Assembly: GCA_963514005.1 (NCBI GenBank) | Contig: OY740813.1 | Location: 14,942,001-15,006,000 of the forward strand | Direction: 5' to 3' | Source of the DNA: Raja brachyura | Lineage: Eukaryota | DNA length: 64,000 nt | Shown: piece by piece, positions 35,201-48,833 of the stretch | Numbering within the stretch: position 1 is the stretch's first letter | Layout of the letters: every line of letters begins with the position of its first letter | The notes under the pieces: generated by a model | Told to the model about the DNA's origin: nothing | The model's input: the letters and a program-made list of their open reading frames with translations, nothing else | The model's database searches: none | Position numbers and translations under genes: made by a program

Positions 35201-35827
35201 CAGTGTTCCCGAGATTAGCGCTAGGCAACCTGGCTAGATTAGTTAGAACATTGTGGTCAACAGCACAGTGGTGCTTTCTTGGGGGACGAGGTGACGATGA
35301 CCAGAAGGATCCTGGCTTTGTGTCATCAGTGTTGAATCTCCGTGCGGAGCCATGGTGGATATATTTCCGACGATAATGACGAGCCAGATCCTGGTGAAGA
35401 TGTAACACCGGGGGTGGGTTGGACAGGTGGGGTCGCAGCTGGAGAAGTTCATCCACCGAGTATTGGAGAATCGGTGTAACAGGATTGGATGGATGAGAGA
35501 GTGATCCAGACATGCACAGTCCATAAAAACAAGCTGTTAATCCTCATTGTGGCCAACGATTAATCCAAACGCCGGCAGCCGGAAACAGGAGCGGCATGTA
35601 GTGGAGGTGAGATCATGGGCTCCAACAACCAAAAGACGAACGTAATAACAGTCAATATCTGCAGGATATTCCATTAAAGTCATCAGACAAGTTGCTCAAG
35701 TGTGTTGACAGATAGATTCCCTGCTCAAGTTGCGATAAGAAGTAGTAAGGACAGCAATAATACATAATTCGGAGAGAGAGCAGCGGCAGCTAGTCGCTCC
35801 AGCGTTAACTCTCACGTCCGGCAGATG
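32290..35827 (-). mobile_element. Apparently full-length but frameshifted L2-clade LINE (APE-RT) inserted in a CR1 fragment
   Basis: APE: GLFNICSLTNK...DFLCPTETW. RT: [43 protein letters not shown]. (TTA)n tail; TSD GAAAGAT (32283-32289, 35828-35834). Confidence 0.92.
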
Positions 35828-37703
35828 GAAAGATGCCATTAAGCTGGAATCTCATTGCAATCCTGATGTTGGGGTGTAAGAGTATTGCTTTCTTCTTACC
35901 TAAGAAATATTAAGTGGCTGGCCAAGTTGAGTTTCTGCCCATGCTGAACCACTTCTTCCCCTGTCCCACCCTTCTTTTGCAATGTTGTTAGTGGGCATCT
36001 TTGTGACTGTAGGGAGTATTGATATCAAGAATAGGTGATTGGATTCTTGTTGGGAAAAATCGTCTGGCAATATTTGGACAATAAATCAAGGGTACACAAG
36101 GGCCAAAGGACTTCAGCCTTGTGTTCAATCGCTACAATTGGTTTATAGCTAGTAGATGACTAATACTAAACTGTTTTCAGTATGGATTGTTAGTTTAATT
36201 GGTACCTTTACTGTACCTAGGTACAGTGAAATTCATTTTGCAACCAGTCGGTGACAGTCTTGCTATACATTAGGCAAAATCAGTAATTGATTATGTGTTG
36301 GTAATCCCATGTAATGTTTATACTGTACTTCACAACCTCTCTGGAAGCTACATTATCCTGGAATAGTAAATCATTCATGTCCTGTCCATGACTTTACAAA
36401 TGCAAGGACTGGCTGACTTCAGTTGATGACTGAAATTGTAACCAGTAACAAAAAGTATAGGGCAATCCTATTTAATTGCCAATTTGTTTAATTTTATAAA
36501 TATCTCCTGGATTAGACGTAGTCACAAAAATGATTTTGAGCCAAGATTTTTTTATTCTTTTAACAAACTGCCTGAGAAATTATGTTTATTATGAAGACAC
36601 TGGCACAGATCGGTTCGCTCCACTTTTGTCCATATTAGTCAGCTGTCAGCTCTCTGGAAGAGTGCAGAACTAGTTCACTTAGTCCATGCCAGTGGCGTCA
36701 TCACCTTCACTCCAAAATAACTCAATCCTGAGAACTTGGTTTGGTAAATGGCAAAAACAAATTGATATTTTTCAATTAAAAATACTTGTTAATCTAAATC
36801 ATTATATCGACGTAACATGCTGAGTGTCAGAATTTCAGGACACCCTTGCGAAAGGAACATATTGAGCTGTATTCTGCCACTGAATTTCCTCATGGAGTCA
36901 GTACTGGAGTAGAATATTGCTCACAACCATAATTCTGGAGAGCCTGTTCTTGGATTCAGCGCTTGATCCACAAGCCCTTCCATTTAATGGGAATTGCTGG
37001 GCAGCATCAAAGACGGTAAGAAAGCTGCATTCTGCTTTAAATTATTTGTTCTTTACTTAATTTGTTTAAGTTAATTATTTCATTTGAATACATTTAGCTG
37101 TTTCTGAAATCAGGGATATTCAGAAACATTGTATGAACTTGGCATCTGGCAAACTGGAAGTCAATTGCAGTCAAACCATTCCAGAGAAGTTGCAGCAGGA
37201 CATGTTCTGGCTTGTCCATTTAATGGTTCAAGACCTTGCCCCCTCTCATGATCTTGCTGCTCAATCTGGGACCCTCAGGCTAAGTCAGATCAGCTTTCCA
37301 GATTTTGTTAAATGCAGGTAGTAAAGGAAGTGAGTGAATGGAGAATGTGTGATGGGACAACCAGTTAACTCTGGGCCTTCATATCATCCCCTTCCAACAT
37401 CGCTGAAATTAAGAGGTGAAAGGATTCTACATTTAATCTAGGAGGTTTCATTTATTTAAGACATTTGGACTGGTACATGGGTAGGAAAGGTTTGGAGGAC
37501 AATGGACCAATTGCAGGCAAATGGGATGAGCCTAGATGGAAACCCCACACTCAGTAATTGCATTTGTAGAGGATGATTTCATGTTCTTAAGCTTTGGAAG
37601 TAGAATTGGCCCATTCAGCCTATCAAGTCTATTTCACCATCAATCATAGCTGATCTATCTTTCCCTCTCCTGCCTTCTCCCCATAATCCCAGACACCAAG
37701 CGT

Positions 37704-38220
37704 ATTGTAGGAATTTTGGGCACTATATCTGAGGAAGGATATGCTGACTCTGGATAGGGTCCAGAGGAGTTTTACAAGAATGATCCCAGGAATGAGTAGG
37801 TTAACATAATGAGCATTTGATGGCACTGGACCTGTACCCGCTGGTGTTTAGAAGAATGAGGGGGGACCTCATTGAAATGTACAGAATAGTGAAAGGCTGG
37901 GAGCAAGTGGATGTAGAGAGGATGTTTCCACTAGTGGGAGAGATTCGGACGAGGGGTCATGGCCTCAGAATTAAAGGACTTTTAGGAAGGAGATGAGGAA
38001 TTTATTTTGTCAGAGGGTGGTGAATCTGTGGATTTCTTTGCCAAAGAAGGCTGTGGAGGCCAAGTCTGGATATATTTAAGGCAGAGATAGGTAGATTCTT
38101 GGTTAGTACAGGTATCAGAGGTTACGGGGCAGGGGAACGGGTTAGGAGGGGGAGATAGATCGGCCATGATTGAATGGCGGAGTAGACTTGAAGAGCCAAA
38201 TAGCCTCATTCTGCTCCGAT
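37704..38220 (+). mobile_element. CR1 3' fragment
   Basis: Homologous to 55361-55955; boundaries approximate. Confidence 0.8.
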
Positions 38221-40312
38221 CACTTACAATATGATCTTTGTACATCCAGTAGCCTAAATAGGAGTTTGAAAGACAAAAATGTATTCACTCCTTCGCCTGG
38301 TGGAACTCGTCCACTCCCTCAACTACTCCTCGTTTGACTCCTCTCATGTTAAAGGTGTAGCCATAGGCATCTTGCATACATTTTTGATGGTTATGTCGAA
38401 CAGTCCTAGTTACAACGTGAACAGACACCATACCCCAACTTGTTCTCCACTACATCGGGGCTGCCTTCTGCACCTGTGCAGAATTCATTGATTTCATTAA
38501 CTTTTCCACTAACTTTCACCCTACCCTCAAATTCACTTGGACTATCACTGACACCTCTCTCACCTTTCTTAATCTGACTACATTGTAATTCACACTTCTA
38601 TTCTTAACTCGCACCTTTTGTCTTTTCATTTCAGGCCTTTGTCCAACCATCTGCCTATCAAACCCCCTCACCATATCCACCTATAATTCACAAGGTCTTG
38701 TCCTGCTCCTCCCCACCTACTTTCCAGTTCTCTTCTCACCCAACTCCTCCCACACATACACAATCAGTCTGATGAAGGGTCCTGATCCAGAGATGCTGCC
38801 TGACCCACCAAGTTATTCCAGTGTTTTCTGTAACCGTTCCTTGTTTCTTCATTTTTTGTGCATTGCTTTCATTTATTTATGGAATTAATATTTAAACTAC
38901 TCATGATTTGACTGATTTTATCCATCGGTTTCACACTACTCACAGTTTATCCATTCACACTAGTTTGGATGGGACATCTTGGTCGGCATGGATGTGTTGG
39001 GTCAAAGAGCCTGTTTTCTAGCTGTATAACTCTATGACTCATGAAAGATGACAAACTCACTCGGATCCAAATCCTCCTTGAGTTTTGGAGTACTTTAATG
39101 AGAGTATTTGGTCCTGTGTAAACTTTTCATTCAATGTACTTTACAACATTTTAAAAGGCTTTACATGATTTCATTTTGGTCTACATAATTCTAAGTTCAA
39201 TTTCAGTATAGTTAAAACAAACATTACACAGAGTAATAATATATATATCTCTTGTATAAGACTGATACAGGTCAATAATTTCCAGTCTTCTTCGAAGACA
39301 TTTGAATCACTTATTACTGCAGAAAATACATAGGATAAGAGTTTTCATAAACAGTTTACATGAACAATATATTTAGGATTGTCCACCAGCTCTATTTTCA
39401 ATTAATATGGAGATCGTATAGCTCTTTAATTTTTAATCAATTTCTGATATCAAATTATTATTGAAAAAGAAAGCTTCAGAGACTGAGATAAATGTTATAT
39501 AATTTTGAAATTAAAAAATGGACAATTTTCTCTTTGGATGTGAAGAAAATAGTCAAACATTTCTGGTGGTAAATGTAATTCTGTCCCTTCTCTGCGGTAT
39601 CGAGTAGATAGCATGACAATAGCCACATTGCACACAAAAAGAATGCAGTTATTTCTTTTTAAGTATACATATGGCCATTATATATACTTGGTATAATTAT
39701 GGGGGATTATCTGAAGTTGTTTTGTATTTGTTGTAATTGTGAAAATATAACTTGCACTTCGAAGAAATACAAGTATCACCAAACATTTTGTTTTGAAATT
39801 ATATAGATGTAGAAATGTATAGATACCATAGAAAATGCTTAAATTGTATGATTTTCCAACCCGATGTAAAGTCAAGCATTCTAAAATAAAGGGAGAGAAC
39901 ACACACATAAGACTGCAAAAATCGGAGAAATTCTGAGCCATCTGCTTCCTGGAATGTGTTTTGGATATAGGAAACTAAAGATAGACACAAAGAACTGGAA
40001 TACCTCAGCGGGACGGGCAGCATATCTGGAGAGAAGGAATGAGGTTTTGGGTTGATGTTTGTTCTCTTACAGCACAGGAGATATGATATAGAGATTTGTT
40101 ATGGGAGACCAGGAGATATTTTAACTTTTAGGGAAACCAAAACTAGGAACTGCTAAAAATGAAGTAAATTAATAAATCCAGTGGAGAATTCAGAATAAAC
40201 GTCTTAACCCTAAGAGTAGTGAAACAAACTCTCAGGCGAGTTTATGGGAGATCTAAATAAGCACAAGGAGGAGAAATAAATGGAAGAATATGCCAACCTG
40301 TTTAGATGGAGA

Positions 40313-40493
40313 AAAATGCTGGAGAAACTCAGCGGATGAGGCAGCATCTATGGAGTGAAGGAAATAGGTAACGTTTTGGGTTAAAACGTCACCTATTCCT
40401 TCGCTCCATAGATGCTGCCTCACCCGCTGAGTTTCTCCAGCATTTTTGTCTAGCTTCAATTTTTCCAGCATCTGCAGTTCTTTCTTAAACAAA
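40313..40493. mobile_element. Penelope-like terminal repeat as an inverted dimer with TSD
   Basis: Hairpin 40312-40447; 13-bp direct repeat GTTTAGATGGAGA at 40300-40312 and 40494-40506. Related relics at ~1780-1890, 13140-13340, 22410-22530, 38280-38850, 44378-44473, 61915-62015. Confidence 0.7.
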
Positions 40494-43400
40494 GTTTAGA
40501 TGGAGAGTTGGGTGCAGGTTATTTGGAGTTTAAACGCCAGCATAAACCTGTTGGACCAAATGAGCTGCATCTGTCCTATAAATTTGATGTAAATTATTAT
40601 GCCACTGGTTACTTCTAGAGAAGGTAGGCATTTATATGCTTCTCAGTTCATATTTTTCAACATTTTTATGTAGTCTATATGAGTTATATCTCATCTGCTT
40701 TCAATATATATTTTAATGTTAGTTCCTACCCCCACTGCTGACACTGGCTTGCAATGTTTCCCACATTTGATGCTGTCTATTTAAGGTCTTTAAATGGTAT
40801 GGTAAGGAAAATACATGTCAATACTGTTTTTGAATGCTGGGTTGTATGTAAAAAGCTGGTAAACTGGGGAATCGTGTTGACATATAAACAATCTTATTTT
40901 CAAAGTAAGGAAATGCCAGTCAATAGCTCAGTTTAAAATGGAAAAGGACCAACAAAAAGCTCTTGACAAACTTGTGAATAACTGAATAGTTCAAGGATAA
41001 ACCAAGTATGTTTTGTATATATATTTGCTGCTGATGTTGATGCTAATTTTGTGAATTATAAACAGGTAGTATAAAAATATCTGGTGACAATGCTAAATGT
41101 TGTCAGCTCTGTAGATTGCTGTTGTACAAATCTCAAAATGTTTGAGTTATCTAAAATTTTACCAAAAAAGTTACTAACTGAAAGCACAATAGCAGTATTT
41201 CACAAGCTGTACCTCGATCATTCCTGCATTCTTTGTTAGATTCTCCATCACTGCTTTAAGTTTCCAGCAGAATTAAATTCTTAATATTTTTTAACCACTC
41301 AATGCTTCACCCACAGCAGTAATTACAGCAAAACAATCTTCTCTCTGACCCTTTAGTCCACTGCAAAGTGTTGAGTTGATACAAACTAGGAGAAAGCTTT
41401 TGGAACAAACTTTCAGCAGGCCACCAAAGCAAAAGCTTGTGTATCACAGCCAGTGGAGAATGCAGTGTAACAATGACCAAAAGTTTGTCAAAGTGATCGC
41501 AATGAAAACCGTTTTAACTTCTATTTATGTCATGCTATTAGGCGCTGTAGTTAAATTACTATCTGTACAATACATTTGTCTGTTGTCTTAACTGTGAGAT
41601 TTTACAAAAAGTTAAGATTGTTTCAAAGGACAGGAAATCTTGCATTATTAATGTGCAAATGCCAGGATTTCATTTTGAAAAAATACTTTAAATGTTCAAG
41701 GAATTCTCAAATGTTCTGTTGAATGTCACATCCTCTGGAAAATCTCTCTTCTCTTCAGAAGTGTAGCAAAAGTTATGCAAATTTATATGAGTAGATTCTT
41801 GATTATTCAGGGAATCAAAAGAGAGCATTAGTGCCAGAAATGCTACAGTGTGGTAAATTAGCATCCGTGGTCGTATTGAATGCGTTTTGAGTCTATCTTC
41901 ACACATATTTAAAAAAATGGGTTCTTATCACCTCAAATTTTGCTAATTTCACTTGGTTAATATTAGTCAACTTTTCTTTCTATCTCCAGTAGTGGACTTA
42001 CGTGCTATTCCCCATTACCCATAACAGGACATGGATACAATTTCTGCCTCCAACCTTTCATAATACAATGTACAGGTTTATATGCTGTACAAGATTTAAT
42101 TGTTATTTTTGTTCATCAAAATCTTGCATGTGTTCTATACCATAAATTATCCTTATTCCTGTTTTTTTTTAATTTGAATGACACAAGCAGAAATTTTCTC
42201 TAAGGTGATAAGATTGGTGTTATTTCAGTGCAAATAACTACAATTGTTGTAATTTAACTTTATCAAATTTGATAATTTCTAAACATGTTAATGTATTACC
42301 AGTAATCAAAAAAAATATTGATTTCATTCTGTCAATAACAACTTGATTAGCATCATCAACAAAATAAAACATGTCAAAGGTGCAACAAGAAAGTAATGAG
42401 ACATGATGGTGCTGAGCCAGAGACCAGTAGGTATTAAGTGTGTTTGTACTGAAGGGAGATGAGAGAAGGGATAACAGAAAACAGAAATTGGGCTGCCGGT
42501 AAAGAAGGCTTACAACGGGGCAAAAAGTCCACACAGCCCAACAGTGGAGCCGAGCGAAGTTCTCAGAGGAAGGGAACGGCAGCAAAGATTGGCAAGTACA
42601 AGTCCACTGATGGATTTAAACATTGGGTCAAGGATTACTAAGGCAGGAGCCAAACATCACATGGATGATGGTAAATAGATCTTGGGTTCTCCTACATTTT
42701 GTACAATTTTGAAAGAGATTGTCTCTTCCCATTTACCTTTCCTATTTAAACAAAAACTAATGTTGGTTTAAGTTCTGGTTTTCTACATTGACTAATATAA
42801 TAACCTGCAGAGTATCGATTGTAATAAAGACAAAACATATTTCTTTAAATATCAGAAATTAAGAGGAGAAAGTGCTAAATATTAAAATTTCATTTGTTAT
42901 TTGTAAATTCATACAATAAGCTTTTGGATATGAGTTTAGACTGTGGTGGCACTTAAAGATGAACTCGTTAATCATCATCACTAATGTCCATCAATAGGAT
43001 TGTCAAATATTCCATTGACCTTGCATTAGCTATGAAACAAATTGAGGGTTTTAATAGCATTCCTGGTATTAACTATTTAAAAAAAATATCTAGTAATCAT
43101 AAAATTTGGTTTGACTTTCTGGACTCTTTCTTTTACCATAAATTATTTGTAGAATGTAACATCACTAAGTTATTTCAAGAGATCTTTCAGTACATTTACA
43201 ATAAATCTTTACTATTTATATTGCTGCAATGTAAGATATACAGGATAATAAATGTCCCAATAATTATATACAGACGATAAATGGCATTTGTGCAGGAATG
43301 TCTCCACCTCCCAGCAAATGCCCATATTTCAATGAACATCTGAATGCTGTAGGCTGGGAGTCAGAATTTGTCATTATTAAAATTATTTTACTGTGTAAAA

Positions 43401-43877
43401 GTTGTGCTTTGCTGGATTTTAAGAGATTAAATCACAAATAACCCCCTCTAATTGGCACTGGAATCAACAGGCTTTCTGGCATGAAATATGGAACCATGTA
43501 ATCCCCACAAAAAAACATTTAAATTGTATTTAACTACAACAATAATAATAAACTGACTTTTTGTCTAATTCTTGTTCTCTGTGCAGGCAATAGAGTTAAA
43601 TAGTTCACCTTTGTGTAAAGGGTTTAAAACATCACCTGAACTGATTGTGAATAATTACTGCATTATAATGACTGTCCAATATCATTATTCTCTCGATCCC
43701 AGGCAACCATGAGTAGGTAGACTTCTATGTAAGTTTTTGATGATGCAATGTAATAACACTTCTGCTACATTGTTACACCTATTTTCTACATTGCTGCCAC
43801 ATTTACCAAAGATTGCACATGATTTTTGATGAAATGTAATAGTACTTAATAACCATTGTTGGAAGTCTTGTCGATGG

Positions 43878-43996
43878 CTATGCAACACTGCTGGAAGAAC
43901 ATGGAGTACTCTGGGTGCTACCAATACTGTGGTTGGTGCTACTGTTCTCGGATGCAGGCGCATTGGTTGGAATAGCCTGTTTCTTTTCGGAAGAGC
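43878..43996 (-). CDS. ENG: Endoglin last exon (cytoplasmic tail)
   Basis: cttgtag|(G)SSEKKQAIPTNAPASENSSTNHSIGSTQSTPCSSSSVA*. ENG-type STNHSIGSTQSTPCS plus FPGS-ENG synteny. Confidence 0.95.
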
Positions 43997-45397
43997 CTAC
44001 AAGCACAGAAACCGATCCAAATTAGTCATTCTTTACCTGTATTATTATGTTGTGAGTTTGTATAAATTACCATTTCCTTTATTCTTTTCCAAAAGCTCTG
44101 TCATCAGTATGTTTAGCTACATATCAGGTATCCAGTGGATGATTTCAGATTCTACTTCAGACTAAACTGCTTACTGAAGTTTGGTACAGTAGAAATATCC
44201 CACCAATAACCCAAAATGAATATGTAGGTTCATTTTTAAAACTGTTGAATTAGGCTTGAATATTTAAATCTAGCTATAAATGGGCGAACTTCAAAAATCT
44301 AATAAGAAATTACATAGATAATTATTTAGTTTGCTTAATTGGAAATGGAGAGGAGGAGGAGGTGCCATAAAGCAAAGATAGACACAAAGTGCTGGAGTAA
44401 CTTAGCAGGTCAGCCAGCAACTCTGGAGAAAAAGGATGGGTGACGTTTTGGGTTGGAACCCTTCTTCAGACTGCCATCAAGTCTTATCTGAAATATCGTT
44501 TAACCTTTTGGTACAATTTATTAAAGCCCATTAAAGGAAATCAAATGGAAGAAAACCTGGTTTTGAGGAATTAATTTGAATCCAAATATGTGTCAAGATG
44601 ATGAAATGAGAATGTTAAAAGGTTTAGGTCCGATAAGTAAGTCTGTTCACAATAATTTGTAGAGATGACAATAAATTCTTCACTCCGTTTCAGCAAAGAA
44701 TTCCCAACTACCATTCACGCTTGAACCTGAACTTAAATGTCAGGTTCTTCCTGCTTCATCTCTTGGTCAGTTTGTATCCATTTAGTTATTCATTTCATAT
44801 ATTTTCAAATGTGCAAATAACAATTATTGTGTTTTATTAAACACCTTTCAACGTTTTGTATGCATATGAATTGCACTCAGTGTTGGTTTGTCTGATATGA
44901 CCTCACGTACTCCATCCTAGAATTCATTTAACCATGCATTTCTCAATTTGGGCTTGATTCTCGACTGTAGATGTTTTCCTATCACTGATTTAAGGCTGGC
45001 CCCAACCTATCAGGTTTATACGCTCCTTGTTATCAGTTGTATAAATGCAGCAAACTAATCCTGTGGTAACACACTAACCCAAGAAGAATTACATGATATG
45101 TAGCTTGCTGCTGAACTATTTTAAGTACCTCTTTGTCTTTAATAAACCAATTTCTCTGCTCCTTCATCTTGACATTGGCTGCTGCCAATTCTTTTGTGAA
45201 CACAGAAGCAAAGTAGTCTTTTAAAAATCACAGACACTCCCTCTGCCTCTGCTAGATTTATGTTTTATCCACAAACGAACCTCACCCTTCCTATGACTGT
45301 CGGTTTACTATTAATGATCTTATTTGTTCGACAACTTTCTGCCAGCACTTGGGATTTGCACAGGAACGACAAAGGGTAGTCATTAGGCAGCCAGGAT

Positions 45398-45700
45398 TTA
45401 GATTTGTTCAGAGATACAGCACAGAAACAGGCCCTTCAGCCCACCGAGTGCACCGACCAGTGATCCCCGCACATTAACACAATCCTCCACACACTAAGGA
45501 CAATTTTACATTCATAACCAAGCCAATTAACCTACAAACCTGTACGTCTTTGGAATGCAGGAGTAAACCAATGACCTCAGTGAAAACCCATGCAGGTAAC
45601 GGGGAGAACGTACAAACTTCGTACAGACAAGCACCTGTAGTCAGGATCGAACCTTGGTCTTTGGCGCTGTAAGATAGTAGCTCTACCGTTATGCCACCCA
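45398..45700 (-). mobile_element. tRNA-derived V-SINE (HE1-like)
   Basis: Same family, in the last ENG intron. Confidence 0.8.
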
Positions 45701-47458
45701 TTCATTTATATTTTCTGAATTAATTGAATTTGGTTAACTATTTTAAAAGGTTATATGTTGTAAACTTCCTAAATGCTGCAATACCATTTTTCCTTGATTT
45801 TTTAATGCTTGAGTGTCATTTTCGACAGATTAGGCCTGGCTTAGACATAGATGGATGCAAATTATTTTATGCCAGGGTTTATTTCCTCCAGATTCAGGCA
45901 CAGTTTCTTCCCAGCTGTTATCTGGCAACTACTACCTATCTCATGGGAGACTATCTGACTATCTCTGAACGGAATTTCCTGGCTTTATCTTGCACTAAAA
46001 GTTATTCCCATTATCATGTACAATGTAGATAGCTCGGTTGTAATCATGTATCGTCTTTCTGCTGACTGGTTAGCACGCAACAAAAGCTTTTCACTGTACC
46101 CCACTCAATCCAGCCACATGGCAGCATGTACCCACGATTGCTGCTGTGCAGAGGTCTTGCCATTGAGGATTCCATTTACATTTAGCAGGTAATCTAAAAA
46201 AGGCTAATTTGGTCTTATTTTGTATGGCAAGAAAAGCTGGATTTAAAATATTTGTGAAGATCTTTCTACTATTACTTGCCAATCTTTTGTGTATTATCTG
46301 CCCAGTATACTACCTATAAAGATCCCCTCTCCAATTTCTATGTTCTATTTTTTCTACTTATTGGTGAATATTTATCTAGATGCCTTTTAATTGCAATTTC
46401 TTTGGCCATCCAGCCAATTCTGGATTTGGGTGTGTGATTTTTCTTAATACTTGTAACCATCTTTAATATCTCCAATCTTTTGTTTGCAATCTAACTGGTG
46501 CATCATTTTCCAATTTAAGAAAGTTAGCCCAGAATAAATAACGCTACATAATCACACTAAACCCCCTAGTTCATGTGCCCTCTATACACTCTCACCAATT
46601 TAAACATTGGATTAGGCCCTTTGGCCTGCAATGGGTATGCCGAACATGATGCCAAGACCAATTTGTATCTGCCTGCACATAATCCACATCCCTTCATTCC
46701 CTGCATATCCACTTGACTATCAAAAAGTCTCTTAAATGTCACTATTGGATCTGCCTCCATCACCATGCCCAGCAGCACAATCCAGATACTCGCCAGTCTG
46801 TGTAAATAAAAACATGTCCTGCACATCTCCTTTAAACTTAGCCCCTCTCACCTTAAAGCTATATTAATTGTACTTCAGATGAAGTCTATACATTTTCTCT
46901 CCCAGATTGCTAATTTTGCAGAATACACCATTTTGTTTTCAAATTTTACTTCTTCAACAACATTTGCAGCTGAGTAACTCTACCCATATTTGTTGTTTCC
47001 TCCCCCCCCCCAAGAGGAACATCTTATCTTATTTCAACTTTTACATCTGAGACCACAAAATCATGCTTTAGACTATATCAAACCATTCTGCTGAAAAGCC
47101 ATCAGCCTGAAACGCGGTTGTCTTTAAAAACCTTGTTTCACCTGCTTAAATATTTCCAGCATTTTCTGATTTTGTTTTATATCATGTGGTGAATTCATTT
47201 TCGGGAGGGGTAAATCAAGAAGAATTCATCTTTAACTTGAAAAAAAATCTTATTTGTGGAAGTGACCCAGAGTGTACTTGTTGGAATTGCAGAAATGAAC
47301 TGTCTCACAAGTAGCTAGGCAAGGAGGAGAACAAATTGTGGTATTTTTTGGAAATTAAATAGAGAATGCTGGAAACCAATATTGAAAAATACTGAAGCAA
47401 TGTCAAATAAAAGGTATCCATCAAAACACTTTGAGGTGAATATGAAATTGCAACTCAC

Positions 47459-47572
47459 CAGTGTGCGAATATATATACCATAGAGCTGCAATGAGCAATG
47501 CGCCAATGATAAAGGCACCAAACACAATTCCTAATACAGCTGTCATCTCCAATCCTTGGTTCTCAGAGGGAT
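47459..47572 (-). CDS. ENG: Endoglin transmembrane exon
   Basis: ctatag|(D)[37 protein letters not shown](G)|gtgagt; human has [27 protein letters not shown]. Confidence 0.96.
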
Positions 47573-48833
47573 CTATAGCACAGAAAAGAGAAAGAAAAAT
47601 ATCATTAGAATCTGGCTACCCAATCTCTTTCTGAGTCAGTAAAAAACCCATTGTATTTCTACTCAACTGCATTCTGCAGAACTTGCAATTATCACCATTG
47701 ATTTTTAAGAGAGGGTTTCATAGGAGCAGAATTAGGCAATACGATCATGGCTGATCTATTTTTCCCTCTAAACCCCATTCTCCTGCCTTCTCCCTGTAAC
47801 CTTTGAAGCCCTTGCTAATCAGGAACCTATCAATCTCCCCTTTAGAAATACCCAATGTCTTGGTCACCACCACCATCTGTGGCAATGAATTCCACAGATT
47901 CTCTACCGTCTGGCTAAAGTAATTCCTCATGTTTTTCATTGTATGATGGTGGGAATATATGGTCGTGTGAGTAAATGATCACGCAAGTATGACTAGAAAT
48001 GGGAATGATAAATATAGGTCAATTTTTTAATCATGAATCTGAAGAAAGCCTGGCCTGATTACAGGGCCAATTATAATTTCCAAGATAGTAAAGATACTGA
48101 TAACGATACTAATGCATTTAAAAAATATAAAGTTGGGATTAAACGTGCAATAAAGAAAATTCTAAACATTTCATTTTAGTTCTAGCATATGAGTTTGTGA
48201 GAAATTAAAATAGTGAAGAAAGGAATGTGGAGTGCTTGGAACACTTACATGAAGGGTTGCAATTTATTTTTAAACTCCAGCAAATCAAAAAAAGAGTTAA
48301 GGACACTAAAAATATTTAGAATGCTATTTAAAAATGTGTAGCTAAATCATAATACTGTTCACAGCAAGATAAATTGAACCACCAAAAATGCACTACATTA
48401 TTATTTTGCTAACTAGCATTTTATGAAGCAAACACTGGGTCCACAACAAAGTGATTGCAGCCACCATAGCTCCAATGATTTTTTTTATAGTTTTTAAAAA
48501 TATGATACCGAAAATCTAGACCTATGGTTGAAGTGCGAATAATGGGAATATTCATGATATAAACATATGATTATTGTCAGATATAAAGAGAGATGTAGAT
48601 AACTAGGCAGTTGCCATTTTAAGTAAGAATCCAAAGACAAAAAATCTGGCATGTACATATTTAATATCTTGCATGAACTATCGATCCAGCTAAGGTACTT
48701 AATTAGTACGTATATAATTTTTGAACCCTGTATTTTCTGAAATGTACTTTCATAAGTTCATAAAATATTTAAATGTGCCTATAATAGACTAATCAAACAT
48801 TTTTTATGAGAAGCAGCCTGATAAAGGACTCAC

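Noticed and set aside
42420-42660. Exon-like island and 60-aa ORF between FPGS and ENG
   Set aside because: No recognisable protein or consistent splice sites; possibly ENG 3' UTR.
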